Sequence record: MK327931.1
DNA length: 64,000 nt
Direction: 5' to 3' (one strand)
The notes beneath the pieces are model-generated. The model saw nothing but the letters and a program-made list of their open reading frames with translations. It did not search any database and was not told the DNA's origin. Position 1 is the first letter of the stretch; the number at the start of each line of letters is the position of its first letter. Positions 8,754-20,638 of this stretch are shown piece by piece. A program made the translations under genes and the position numbers.

Positions 8754-9334
8754 AATGGTAACTCCTGTAGTGGTTTCATAATACCGAGTACTGGGTGATT
8801 TTCAATCATTGGTCGCCCTGGTACACCAGTGAGGATAACTGGGATAGAACTAATATCTTTTACATAGTTGAATCCCTCAAACGTGAACTCTTGTTTTTTC
8901 TCATTATACAATACCCATAGTATTACGTCAGCTTTTTTCTGGATATTTTTTAACTGTCGAGTACTAACACATGGTCCAAAGTCAGTCCATGATTTATACT
9001 TGATACCTTTTACTTCAATACGAAGGTTGTTTACCTTAATATCACATTCACCGTCACGTGCTTCATTTTGGAATGCTGGATCGATATTAAGTTTAATACC
9101 AGTATTGTTTTCAATTTCATTAAAAAGTACTAAAGATGCGTGCTCACATACCATACCAACAAAATGACTATGTGCATGATTAAAACCATATGGCGATTTA
9201 CTGGCTGGAGCCAAAAGTTTATATCGTTCTGATTTTTCAATCGCTTTTGCCATGAAAGAATCAGCTTCATCTTTATATAACTTAACAGTCATTTTTCCAT
9301 TTTTCAGTACTAATCTATTATCAATAACATTCAT
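8750..9334 (-). CDS. PD-(D/E)xK restriction-endonuclease-like protein
   Basis: E (CEHA)...CDIKV...IEVKG spacing typical of the fold. Confidence 0.5.
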   Translation of the reverse strand: MNVIDNRLVLKNGKMTVKLYKDEADSFMAKAIEKSERYKLLAPASKSPYGFNHAHSHFVGMVCEHASLVLFNEIENNTGIKLNIDPAFQNEARDGECDIKVNNLRIEVKGIKYKSWTDFGPCVSTRQLKNIQKKADVILWVLYNEKKQEFTFEGFNYVKDISSIPVILTGVPGRPMIENHPVLGIMKPLQELPL

Positions 9335-9411
9335 AAAAACACCTCATTATTCATTCACTACATGATAACACCAAATCATACACCAGTCAAGCTCATTTTT
9401 TGGATATGCAT

Positions 9412-9419
9412 AATAAATA
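9412..9419 (+). promoter_or_regulatory. T4-like late promoter
   Basis: AATAAATA ~30 nt before the plus-strand gene; the TAAATA core recurs before other putative late genes. Confidence 0.55.
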
Positions 9420-9450
9420 CGTTATAATAATTATACCAATGGAGGGATAA

Positions 9451-10605
9451 ATGTCAAGGTCAATTGCTGCGGCTGGACGCTATAAGTTTGGTGAATGTGG
9501 TTATGTTGTTGATGGTGCAATCCTCAACGATGGAACTAGACTAAAAAATATTAGAATCTATCGCCAAAGAAGCCATAGATTATATGATTTAGTTGATCCC
9601 AGAACTAATATAATATATCGTAAAGTACAAATAACAACTAAAGATAATAAAGGTTATCTATTAAATTACAATAAAACTAATGACCAACTATTAAGTGAAA
9701 TTAATAAAAATTGTTTCTTTGTTCGTGGATATTCCGAAGAGCCACAAGAAACTGATACTGGATTTGTATATAAATTCATGCTACATAAAACAATTTTAGG
9801 TAGTTCACAAACCTTGTATCATATGTATACACCTGAATGTGGTATTATAGATCGTGATATAGATAATATTCTCATTTCACCAGTATTTGTTGGTAATGAC
9901 TCAATTAGTGGTAAATTATTCAACACTGGTTCAGAAATTGATACTAACGGTATGGTAATAACAATCGTATTACCAGACGGGACAGAATACTTTACTACCC
10001 AATTTGTTAATGATGCATTTACAATTCCAGTTGATGTTATCACACAATCAGGGAAAGGTACTGCTACGCTCACTTCTCCATATTATAACACTAAAGTGGT
10101 GGAATTTGATGTTCTTGAAAGTGGTGAGGATATTGATTTTGTTACATCAGTTCTTCTATCCCAATTTGAACCTGTTTCGGAAGGTGTATTTTCTGCGGTT
10201 GTTCCATTTGATGTTCATGATCGTGGACAGTACTTAGCACTTCAAGCATACAGTGGTGACTTATATCAAGTTGGTGTAGATCTTTCTGTAGACGCAGAAG
10301 GTAATATTACTGTGTATCAAACTGATAATTTACCTGTTTCTTTGAGTATAATCGGAAAAACACTGCATACTACTCCTTTCCATAAAGAATATACTTTAAG
10401 TGAGTGGGTTCTCGGTGAAGACTCTATGTACTCTATCTCAGTTCCAGTAACTGAACATGGTAAAGCACTACCACAAGTTCAATTATATTCTTCAGACAAT
10501 CATGTAGTTCATAGTGAAATACAAGTGGATGAAGATGATAATGTAATTCTTAAAGTAGTAGAACCGCTTGACTGCTCAGTCGTAATAGTTGGTTACAACG
10601 CATAA
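9451..10605 (+). CDS. putative virion structural protein with duplicated C-terminal beta domain
   Basis: Isolated plus-strand gene, GGAGG SD, late promoter, two internal VP...H...Q.YS.D...VD..GN repeats. Confidence 0.65.
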   Translation: MSRSIAAAGRYKFGECGYVVDGAILNDGTRLKNIRIYRQRSHRLYDLVDPRTNIIYRKVQITTKDNKGYLLNYNKTNDQLLSEINKNCFFVRGYSEEPQETDTGFVYKFMLHKTILGSSQTLYHMYTPECGIIDRDIDNILISPVFVGNDSISGKLFNTGSEIDTNGMVITIVLPDGTEYFTTQFVNDAFTIPVDVITQSGKGTATLTSPYYNTKVVEFDVLESGEDIDFVTSVLLSQFEPVSEGVFSAVVPFDVHDRGQYLALQAYSGDLYQVGVDLSVDAEGNITVYQTDNLPVSLSIIGKTLHTTPFHKEYTLSEWVLGEDSMYSISVPVTEHGKALPQVQLYSSDNHVVHSEIQVDEDDNVILKVVEPLDCSVVIVGYNA

Positions 10606-10606
10606 T

Positions 10607-10634
10607 AAAAAAGCCACTACATTGTAGTGGCTTT
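10607..10634. terminator. bidirectional terminator between convergent genes
   Basis: AAAGCCACTAC-att-GTAGTGGCTTT. Confidence 0.85.
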
Positions 10635-10646
10635 AATTTTATCTAA

Positions 10647-11459
10647 TTATTTGAAATTGTCACGTAGAACTTCTTCAAGTGTTTTATCTGGATTGCTAAT
10701 GGCTACATTATAAATCAATTCTTTAAATGCAGTTAGTGCCTGCTCAGTTGCTTCTGGACCAAAGTTCTCACTAATGCTTTTAAACATACTTTGTGCACGT
10801 TCTGATTTGATACAACTAGTTACAAACTTGTCAATTTCATTACGAAGCTGCTTAGTTGTCATGTCACCAATGAGCATCTCACTAATTTCTTTTGGTTCAT
10901 CTGCACTTGTTCGGTCATTCGTAAAACCAAACACATCATCACCTGAGCCAAAGCTACGTTTTTCTTTTTTAGTTTCTTTTACTGGTTCTTCTTCAACTTC
11001 TTGTTCGTATTCTTTAGTAAAGAGATGAGATAGTACATCATCAAGATTTTTAACCATACCGTCAATACGAGATTCAGCATTCTTGGATACATGTTTGAAT
11101 GCTTGCTCTAGTGCTTTTTCTTGAATCTGGTCACGAACATTATTAACTACATTACGAAGTTTTTCATTACAGTTGTCTAAAATTTCTAATACTTCACCAG
11201 TTTTGATTTTTTCCAAAAGTACATCTAAATCAGATTTTACATGTTGTTTTTGACTTACTTCACCATTAAGAATTGAATTCAATTCTTTAGCACCTTCAAC
11301 TGCTTCTTCATGTGTTTTAAATTCAACTGGTACGTCAACACCATCCAGTACAATATTAAGCACTTTACCATCAACGTAGGCGTAGGAGTAAGATGCTTTT
11401 TTGAAAGAAATAGTTTTGAAGAAAATGTTGCTCATATTGATATACTCCTTAATGCCCAC
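10647..11459 (-). CDS. acidic helical hypothetical protein (likely start 11435)
   Basis: Long ORF; AGGAG SD precedes the ATG at 11435. Confidence 0.8.
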   Translation of the reverse strand: MGIKEYINMSNIFFKTISFKKASYSYAYVDGKVLNIVLDGVDVPVEFKTHEEAVEGAKELNSILNGEVSQKQHVKSDLDVLLEKIKTGEVLEILDNCNEKLRNVVNNVRDQIQEKALEQAFKHVSKNAESRIDGMVKNLDDVLSHLFTKEYEQEVEEEPVKETKKEKRSFGSGDDVFGFTNDRTSADEPKEISEMLIGDMTTKQLRNEIDKFVTSCIKSERAQSMFKSISENFGPEATEQALTAFKELIYNVAISNPDKTLEEVLRDNFK

Positions 11460-11790
11460 TAGCTGGGAAGGTTTTAAACATATAGTGACATTGTACTAAA
11501 TCATCGAACTTCAAGCCGAAGTCTTTAGTACCCATCAGTGTGTGGTAAAAATAATGCGAAATTGTATTAGTTTCAGCGTCTTTAATATAGATACCAAATT
11601 CGGTACAGCAAAACTGAACAACTTCATTATAACTTTCTAACTTGGAAATTACAAGTACTTGATCATAAGAATTTTTATCAAATCCAATGATGTACATTTC
11701 CTCTGTTTCTGGGTGTACAATCATCCCACCGCGAGAAATAATTTTCTCGAAGTTACTGCTCAAGTACTGAATTGTTGAACTTAAGTTCAT
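11449..11790 (-). CDS. hypothetical protein
   Basis: ORF in packed operon. Confidence 0.7.
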   Translation of the reverse strand: MNLSSTIQYLSSNFEKIISRGGMIVHPETEEMYIIGFDKNSYDQVLVISKLESYNEVVQFCCTEFGIYIKDAETNTISHYFYHTLMGTKDFGLKFDDLVQCHYMFKTFPASGH

Positions 11791-12003
11791 TTACAACTCC
11801 TTACGTATTACTCGTCCGGTAAGATGTTCATCTGTACAGAACTTCATTATAAATGCTTTTAGATGGAAGTCTTCTAAAATTCTATATGCTTGCTTTTTCA
11901 TAACGACTTCCTTCTTCTCCACATCAACAATTATATCATGTTTCTCGTGAAGTTCCTGGATCATTTGATATGAATTCAAACTTAGTACGCTCATAACCAC
12001 CAA
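11791..12003 (-). CDS. hypothetical protein (start uncertain)
   Basis: ORF in packed operon. Confidence 0.55.
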   Translation of the reverse strand: MVVMSVLSLNSYQMIQELHEKHDIIVDVEKKEVVMKKQAYRILEDFHLKAFIMKFCTDEHLTGRVIRKEL

Positions 12004-12310
12004 TGTCCTCCATCTCCCACAAAATTTGAACTGCCACTTCTAATTCGTGGTGAATTTGAAAATAACCATTACTTGCAGTATAGATGTAGCCATTTTTAGT
12101 AATTGCATAACCCCACTTTTTACTTTGAGAATGCATCTCACGTTTCAACCCATAAGGTGATGGTGGCTTCTTGACTGGTTCTGGTTCTCGGTTTTCGTTG
12201 TAAATCTCTTGTTCGATTCGCAACGCTTTATAATATGAGTATACATGAATCAGGCGACAAAGTACAATAGTAATGCAACAAATAATTGTAAATGTTATCA
12301 AGCTCATCAA
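11936..12310 (-). CDS. membrane-anchored hypothetical protein
   Basis: N-terminal TM segment. Confidence 0.65.
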   Translation of the reverse strand: MMSLITFTIICCITIVLCRLIHVYSYYKALRIEQEIYNENREPEPVKKPPSPYGLKREMHSQSKKWGYAITKNGYIYTASNGYFQIHHELEVAVQILWEMEDIGGYERTKFEFISNDPGTSRET

Positions 12311-12726
12311 TTTGCCCTCTGCCTAGATACATATTCATTAATTGCATCTTCCAAATCATACCCTGACATTTTTACATTATCAATTGAAACATGATATTTT
12401 TTCAGCACTTTTTGTCCAGCAGTGTTCTCCCATATAGACCCATCAGGCTCAATATGAACTTTATGGTTCAGGATGAAATCGAACATTTCTTCTTTTGATA
12501 AGTTTGCTTTACGGGTTTCAATGTGATTAGTATTAAGTAATTCACGAGTATGTTTAATGCCATATTCAGTGTGCACACCAACACTACGATGCAAAACTTT
12601 TAACTGCTCGGAAGCAGTCTCTTCATCATAAACATGAATAGTTTCAGTACTATATAAAATATCCTGAATATTACCAGTACTTACTTCTGTCCAAGTGTCT
12701 TTGAAATGAATTTTGATTGTTTTCAT
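12307..12726 (-). CDS. hypothetical protein
   Basis: ORF in packed operon. Confidence 0.7.
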   Translation of the reverse strand: MKTIKIHFKDTWTEVSTGNIQDILYSTETIHVYDEETASEQLKVLHRSVGVHTEYGIKHTRELLNTNHIETRKANLSKEEMFDFILNHKVHIEPDGSIWENTAGQKVLKKYHVSIDNVKMSGYDLEDAINEYVSRQRAN

Positions 12727-12737
12727 GGAAGCTCGTA

Positions 12738-13184
12738 TTAGTTATATGCTGTGAATAGGTCAATGTTTTTATCATCTACACTGATTAATTTACCAGTTGA
12801 ACTAACAAACACAATATTACCACCAGGGGTGATTTGAACACGCTGGTTTACTGAATATTGATCACTAAGGTTATAATTAGCCCATTCAACTACATAACGC
12901 TGTTCAACACCGTTAGTATCATATAGATAAACGTGTGTAACGTCACGCATTTTTAAACGGTCTAACAGTGTAGAGTTGTCCATGAAATCCGATGGTGTAT
13001 TGCTGCGTAATGCAATACCGAACTCACCGATAACAGTACTAATTGTCAGACCGTTTGAAAAACGGCTACAAAGAGTCTTCTCATCAGCAATATGCATCCA
13101 TAAAACATTCTTTACATCAATATCAACAAATTCACAGTTTTCAAAAACCAAACCTACTTTGGAAACTTTACCATTAAATTGCAT
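12738..13184 (-). CDS. hypothetical protein
   Basis: ORF with AGGAG SD. Confidence 0.75.
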   Translation of the reverse strand: MQFNGKVSKVGLVFENCEFVDIDVKNVLWMHIADEKTLCSRFSNGLTISTVIGEFGIALRSNTPSDFMDNSTLLDRLKMRDVTHVYLYDTNGVEQRYVVEWANYNLSDQYSVNQRVQITPGGNIVFVSSTGKLISVDDKNIDLFTAYN

Positions 13185-13629
13185 TAGTAACTCCTATTTT
13201 TTTATATTTTAAAATTAAATCACTCACTGCTTTCATTAGCTTATATGGAATAGCTAACTCTTGAACAGTACTTTCCATAAAATGTTCTTCTTCTGTATCA
13301 TAAAATGTTGAACTACAGTGTTCACAATCATCTATACTATCATAAAAAGAAGACGTAAGTTTATCAACAATGACAGTGATTTGTTTGTCAGTTTTGGTAC
13401 ATCCTACCTGAACGGTTAATCCAATATCATCAGCCTCTACACGAATTATAAACGAATTATTAGTATAGTTCAGCCAACAATCTTCACCAAAGTATACAAC
13501 ACTGTGTTTCTTCTGAAATGAAGTTGCGGTGTTAAGAACACCAATAACAACATCAACTGTTTTTTCATTTAAAATATTAGACATTTTTATTCCTGCTTCG
13601 TATGTTTCGTGAAATCTCAAATATTCCAT
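13174..13629 (-). CDS. EExFFQxST-motif family protein
   Basis: C-terminal EEEHFMESTVQE. Confidence 0.7.
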   Translation of the reverse strand: MEYLRFHETYEAGIKMSNILNEKTVDVVIGVLNTATSFQKKHSVVYFGEDCWLNYTNNSFIIRVEADDIGLTVQVGCTKTDKQITVIVDKLTSSFYDSIDDCEHCSSTFYDTEEEHFMESTVQELAIPYKLMKAVSDLILKYKKIGVTNAI

Positions 13630-13993
13630 TCAACTGCTCAACAGTTAAACCCTGTAAATCGTAAACTGTTGATAGTTGAAAGAACATCTCTGAATCTATA
13701 GTATCATGTTCAATTGGAAGACTCAAGAGGTCTTTATTAATAAAATAATCATATGTTCGAATTGTCAAAGAATCACCAAAGATATCAATGTAAAATTTCG
13801 GAACATTATGTAACGAAACATCTATTAATATGTTTTCAGCATATCTACAAGAAATTTTAGAATTATTTTTATAAGATTGGTATGAAAAATTATAAGGTTC
13901 ATCGACCAATGTGTATGATGAGGTATCACCTTCGGAAAATATTACACCACATTCAATAAGATGTGTTAACGACTTAGGTGGAATTTTTAACAT
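13577..13993 (-). CDS. EExFFQxST-motif family protein
   Basis: SEMFFQLSTVYDLQGLT. Confidence 0.75.
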   Translation of the reverse strand: MLKIPPKSLTHLIECGVIFSEGDTSSYTLVDEPYNFSYQSYKNNSKISCRYAENILIDVSLHNVPKFYIDIFGDSLTIRTYDYFINKDLLSLPIEHDTIDSEMFFQLSTVYDLQGLTVEQLNGIFEISRNIRSRNKNV

Positions 13994-13994
13994 T

Positions 13995-14423
13995 TCACTT
14001 CCTATCCTTACTCATATTACTACGGATCACCCCACTAAGAAAACATATTTTCCTTAATGTATCATAACTGATATTTGTAAGATCATGTACAAAATTCAAC
14101 TGCAAGTACATTTCTTCAGTTAATTGATTAAATGTATCATCAACATGAATGTTAGTATGTTCCGTTATATCTATTTCTATATTATTTTCCCAAATATCAA
14201 TGTTAACAGCATAGTCTGATGTATGTCTGGATTGAACTGAAATAAAAATATTATTACTGTTGTATAATGTCTCGGTGTATCCATTCAAAAATGATCCAAC
14301 GACAACATCAAAAATGCCATCTCTAATTGGATTTTTTGTTTCAAACGTATCACTACAAACTTGACGGTATACAATGTCAACATACTTATCAATTAAAGTA
14401 AACAAATAACTCATTGCATTCAC
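13995..14423 (-). CDS. EExFFQxST-motif family protein
   Basis: EEMYLQLNFVHDL. Confidence 0.7.
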   Translation of the reverse strand: MNAMSYLFTLIDKYVDIVYRQVCSDTFETKNPIRDGIFDVVVGSFLNGYTETLYNSNNIFISVQSRHTSDYAVNIDIWENNIEIDITEHTNIHVDDTFNQLTEEMYLQLNFVHDLTNISYDTLRKICFLSGVIRSNMSKDRK

Positions 14424-14432
14424 CTATATAAG

Positions 14433-14461
14433 AAAAAAGGCCGATTCATCGAATCAGCCTT
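14433..14461 (-). terminator. intrinsic terminator overlapping the start site of promoter 14464-14493
   Basis: AAGGCUGAUUC-gau-GAAUCGGCCUU-UUUU. Confidence 0.8.
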
Positions 14462-14463
14462 AA

Positions 14464-14493
14464 GTATAACACAGTAGAAGTTAAAAAGTCAAC
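14464..14493 (-). promoter_or_regulatory. sigma70-type promoter
   Basis: TTGACT-N18-TATACT with extended TG. Confidence 0.65.
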
Positions 14494-14499
14494 TTCTAA

Positions 14500-14636
14500 A
14501 TTACAGCATCCAAGAGGAATAAAAAGATACTGTTAGAGGGTAACGAATATAATGAATTTGAGGGTAATATCATTATACGTAAAAAAGTGATAGCTTCTAT
14601 ACATAAGGAGGAATCAGTACTGACTAGAAGCTATCG
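14500..14636 (-). ncRNA. candidate sRNA of four stem-loops with CCUC(C) anti-SD-like loops
   Basis: Loops UUCCUCCUUAUG, UUACCCUC, CCCUC, UUCCUCUU; a G-U pair favours the minus strand. Confidence 0.55.
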
Positions 14637-14648
14637 GGTTAAACGATT

Positions 14649-14933
14649 TCAGTACTGAGTGTTTAGTTTAGGATGAGTATTTCCATCTTCGATTTGTTTT
14701 AGAATCGAGTCACGAATTTCTACTGCCCCTTGATAACTATATTTATCTTTTGGGATCACCCATGTATATTCGCCATCAGTGGTTTTAAAATCAATACATG
14801 GATTATCCCTGTATTCAGATGCAATGATTGCAATAACATGTAATGAATTCAATGAATGATTTGTATAAGGATAATTGTTATTATCTCTGAACGTGAATGT
14901 TTTAAGTTCATCAGGTGCAACAATGAATTCCAT
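14649..14933 (-). CDS. hypothetical protein
   Basis: ORF with GAGG SD. Confidence 0.7.
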   Translation of the reverse strand: MEFIVAPDELKTFTFRDNNNYPYTNHSLNSLHVIAIIASEYRDNPCIDFKTTDGEYTWVIPKDKYSYQGAVEIRDSILKQIEDGNTHPKLNTQY

Positions 14934-15124
14934 TATTCATCCTCGTACTTCTTGAATGGTGGAACATCTACCTTGAAGTCTTTGCACATCTTAGTTGTAC
15001 GAACTTCAGTATTGTTGTGATAATTTTTCTTAAATTCATAAGAAACATAATTACGAATACCAGGTGTATGAATAATAGCAAGAACCAATGTACGACCAAA
15101 CAAGCATAATAAATTCCAGAACAT
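14933..15124 (-). CDS. hypothetical protein
   Basis: ORF with AGGAG SD. Confidence 0.65.
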   Translation of the reverse strand: MFWNLLCLFGRTLVLAIIHTPGIRNYVSYEFKKNYHNNTEVRTTKMCKDFKVDVPPFKKYEDE

Positions 15125-15133
15125 ATGAATCTC

Positions 15134-15499
15134 CTAATTGTGGGTTTTAACCAAACGTGAGACAGCTAGTATAGCATTAACCTCATCCAATGTCAACCCA
15201 CCAATGTCATTAATCATTGAGTACTGAAATAGTGATTCTTCAGTGTAATGGTAATCATGAGAAGCAATAAAGATTGCTGGTTTAGAGGCATCCAAAATTA
15301 TCTTTGTCATTGTACTATATATATCAAATTGATATAATAGATTTTCACCTGTATATGCTACGTAGATATTATTTGAATAGGCTGGATGTACCATTGTAAA
15401 ACCATCATAACATAATATTTTTATGTTCGGATCGTCAAAATTGCCTGTATAAAGGTTATTACAAACATCTTGCATTATACGTACTATTAGACTAGTCAT
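15134..15499 (-). CDS. EExFFQxST-motif family protein
   Basis: TEESLFQYSMINDIGGLT. Confidence 0.75.
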   Translation of the reverse strand: MTSLIVRIMQDVCNNLYTGNFDDPNIKILCYDGFTMVHPAYSNNIYVAYTGENLLYQFDIYSTMTKIILDASKPAIFIASHDYHYTEESLFQYSMINDIGGLTLDEVNAILAVSRLVKTHN

Positions 15500-15917
15500 T
15501 TAATGGATTTAGTACCTCTTCTGGAATCAACTTTTGAACTTTAAGTATAGCTTTAATGTCCTCAAATGTTAATCCTAATATGTCGTTAAGGAGGCAGTAC
15601 TGGAAGAATTTTTCTTCAGTATCAATATCGTTAACATTCAATTCAATTGATTCATCATCATAATCATAATCTTCATTATCACATTCATAACTTCTGAATA
15701 TAACTTTTTCAAAATACACATCAAATGAATAAAAATGATTATTGAATTCATAACCAAGAAAAATATTAAAACATTTACTCAAATCTGTGGTTTGATTCAA
15801 ATCTGGATCATAGCAAAATACTCTAACTTCACCAATATCTTCTAATTGTACATCATGCAGTGACCATGCGTTGTTTTTTAATACATAGTTCACCATTTTA
15901 ACAATGTTGTATGTCAT
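15492..15917 (-). CDS. EExFFQxST-motif family protein
   Basis: TEEKFFQYCLLNDILGLT. Confidence 0.75.
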   Translation of the reverse strand: MTYNIVKMVNYVLKNNAWSLHDVQLEDIGEVRVFCYDPDLNQTTDLSKCFNIFLGYEFNNHFYSFDVYFEKVIFRSYECDNEDYDYDDESIELNVNDIDTEEKFFQYCLLNDILGLTFEDIKAILKVQKLIPEEVLNPLND

Positions 15918-15923
15918 AGTGTA

Positions 15924-16013
<90 letters not shown>

Positions 16014-16016
16014 AGA

Positions 16017-16210
<194 letters not shown>

Positions 16211-16211
16211 T

Positions 16212-16268
<57 letters not shown>

Positions 16269-16270
16269 TA

Positions 16271-16821
<551 letters not shown>

Positions 16822-16830
16822 TAATACCCG

Positions 16831-17232
16831 CTAGTAGTTTAAGTCTGCGGCGTTGAATACACCAAGTGAAGTCTTACCACGTAGTTTAGGTGAAAGGACA
16901 TACTTTGTCAATTTCTTTTTACCGTACCAGCGATTGAATTCGTCTTCAGTGACATATGGGTTCTGGAAATCGTATTCGCGTTTCTTATGCAGTTCTTTAG
17001 CACGTTCTGCAATCTTGGTTCGTTGGTCTTCTGGAATGTCGAATGTATTGTTACGTTCACACCATTCGTGCTCTAATGCACCCTGAAGAAACTGTTCGGT
17101 TTCTTTGACTAGAGTGATTTTAGTCAAGCCTTTTTCGATGTTCATATAATCATCGACGTATCCATTCCAAATAACAATCTCTGGATTGCCGTCAATTTCT
17201 TGAAGCATTTTGATCAAGTCATTCTTTTTCAT
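16831..17232 (-). CDS. hypothetical protein
   Basis: ORF with AGGA SD. Confidence 0.75.
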   Translation of the reverse strand: MKKNDLIKMLQEIDGNPEIVIWNGYVDDYMNIEKGLTKITLVKETEQFLQGALEHEWCERNNTFDIPEDQRTKIAERAKELHKKREYDFQNPYVTEDEFNRWYGKKKLTKYVLSPKLRGKTSLGVFNAADLNY

Positions 17233-17240
17233 TTAAATTC

Positions 17241-17498
<258 letters not shown>

Positions 17499-17519
17499 TT
17501 ATACCTCTCATTGTTTATG

Positions 17520-17591
<72 letters not shown>

Positions 17592-17595
17592 TAAT

Positions 17596-18203
<608 letters not shown>

Positions 18204-18254
18204 ATAAACCTCACTATACGTAACTTACACCATATACGTCTGATTGTGGAATTC

Positions 18255-18279
18255 ATTATATCAGTACTGAACTATTTAG

Positions 18280-18283
<4 letters not shown>
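18255..18283 (-). promoter_or_regulatory. repeated promoter cassette copy 2
   Basis: TTGACT-aaatagttcagtactga-TATAAT. Confidence 0.85.
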
Positions 18284-18693
<410 letters not shown>

Positions 18694-18702
18694 CTTTTTT
18701 TT

Positions 18703-18864
<162 letters not shown>

Positions 18865-18868
<4 letters not shown>

Positions 18869-19029
18869 AATCGTACCAGTAGTTCAATTAAGTACATTTC
18901 ATATGCTGGATCGTTGATAAGTTTATCATACAGATGTGGCTCTGAAATGAATTCCCAATGATACTTTAGCCATCTACCGATACCCGAATATCTAAAATTA
19001 ATGTCATTCATCCATTCTTCATGTGTCAT
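18865..19029 (-). CDS. MTHEEW-family small protein (54 aa)
   Basis: MTHEEWMNDINFRYSGIGRWLKYHWEFISE...; ATGA coupling. Confidence 0.75.
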
Positions 19030-19190
19030 AATCGTACCATTATTTCAATAAAGAACCACGGATACACTTCATGATTCATAAGTTTATCGTATTCTGCTGG
19101 GTCTGATATGATTTCCCAATGATACTTTAGCCAACTACCGATACCCGAATATCTAAAATTAATGTCATTCATCCATTCTTCATGCGTCAT
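19026..19190 (-). CDS. MTHEEW-family small protein (54 aa)
   Basis: MTHEEWMNDINFRYSGIGSWLKYHWEIISD...; near-identical 5' half to 18865-19029. Confidence 0.75.
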   Translation of the reverse strand: MTHEEWMNDINFRYSGIGSWLKYHWEIISDPAEYDKLMNHEVYPWFFIEIMVRL

Positions 19191-19213
19191 GGTTTTTAAC
19201 CTTTAATTAAAAT

Positions 19214-19290
19214 TGGCCGAGGTAGAGGGACTTGAACCCCCAACCTAGAGATTAGAATTCTCTTGCACTATCCAATTGTGCTATACCCCG
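19214..19290 (-). tRNA. trnR: tRNA-Arg(UCU)
   Basis: CGGGGTA/TACCTCG-G-CCA, loop AT-TCT-AA. Confidence 0.92.
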
Positions 19291-19294
19291 TATT

Positions 19295-19410
<116 letters not shown>

Positions 19411-19443
19411 ATGTTATGTCCCATTATATAATGAATTAATGAT

Positions 19444-19770
19444 TTATGCAAGTGCTTTAGATACACCGACACCAATAATTCCAGTGATATCGATATGGAT
19501 ATTGGCAAGTTGATTACTATCATATGGGTTTGTTTCTGTAATAACCAATGTTGTATCATTGACTAAAACCACAGTACCTTTTACACGATAACCATGTAGT
19601 AGTACTTGAACCTCATCTTCAGGTTTTAATGATTGAATAACTTCAAATAAAGTTGTTTCCATTTTTTGTATTCCTTGTTTAGTTTTGATTATTTGACTTT
19701 CTAAATGCCAGTTCGCATATAAACCAGGGTTTTCTGGTATCCAAAACATATGACCTGAAAAGATTTTCAT
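19444..19770 (-). CDS. hypothetical protein (likely starts later at METTLF)
   Basis: ORF; small beta-rich C-terminal part. Confidence 0.6.
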   Translation of the reverse strand: MKIFSGHMFWIPENPGLYANWHLESQIIKTKQGIQKMETTLFEVIQSLKPEDEVQVLLHGYRVKGTVVLVNDTTLVITETNPYDSNQLANIHIDITGIIGVGVSKALA

Positions 19771-19862
19771 CTCTTAATATATCATAATGTACCTGACGAA
19801 TGCCATTCCCAAAGCAGTCATGTTCTTTATGCTGTTTGGACATCCATTCTTCGTGTGTCATT

Positions 19863-19879
<17 letters not shown>
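19679..19879 (-). CDS. MTHEEW-family small protein
   Basis: MTHEEWMSKQHKEHDCFGNGIRQVHYDILRD. Confidence 0.7.
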
Positions 19880-20198
<319 letters not shown>

Positions 20199-20203
20199 TC
20201 TTA

Positions 20204-20398
20204 CTATTTTTTATCTCTAATAGCAAGCTCGTAGATGAACCAGTGGTTGGAATCTTCGTCCAAAACCAATGATTCGAACGTTTTTTTATCGTTCAAAACA
20301 TCATAATGGCCTTGGCGTATACCAAATCCAAAATGATCATGTTTATATTTTAGTGACTCTATCCATTCTTCATGTGTCATTTTATGTATCCAGTTCAA
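20204..20398 (-). CDS. MTHEEW-family small protein
   Basis: MTHEEWIESLKYKHDHFGFGIRQGHYDVLND. Confidence 0.7.
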   Translation of the reverse strand: MNWIHKMTHEEWIESLKYKHDHFGFGIRQGHYDVLNDKKTFESLVLDEDSNHWFIYELAIRDKK

Positions 20399-20455
20399 TT
20401 AAGTGTTTCATTTATTCTTCTGTAAAGAAAGCATTGCAATGGACAATGGAAAAGG
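20385..20455 (-). pseudogene. decayed duplicate of the 3' end of gene 19863-20078
   Basis: IVHCNAFFTEE*MKHLIELDT versus IVHDSAFFTKEEMQHLIVLDT. Confidence 0.6.
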
Positions 20456-20458
20456 TTA

Positions 20459-20638
20459 TTATATTTTTTTGTCTCTAACCGCAAGCTCATAGATGAACCA
20501 ACGATTTCCATTCTCATCTAGTACATATGATTCGAACTTATATTTGTCTCGTAAAATATCGAAATGACCATCAATAAATCCATTTCCAAACTGGTCATAA
20601 CGTTTTTTCATCATTGCCATCCATTCTTCATGTGTCAT
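20459..20638 (-). CDS. MTHEEW-family small protein (59 aa)
   Basis: Hand-translated MTHEEWMAMMKKRYDQFGNGFIDGHFDILRD...WFIYELAVRDKKI. Confidence 0.75.
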   Translation of the reverse strand: MTHEEWMAMMKKRYDQFGNGFIDGHFDILRDKYKFESYVLDENGNRWFIYELAVRDKKI

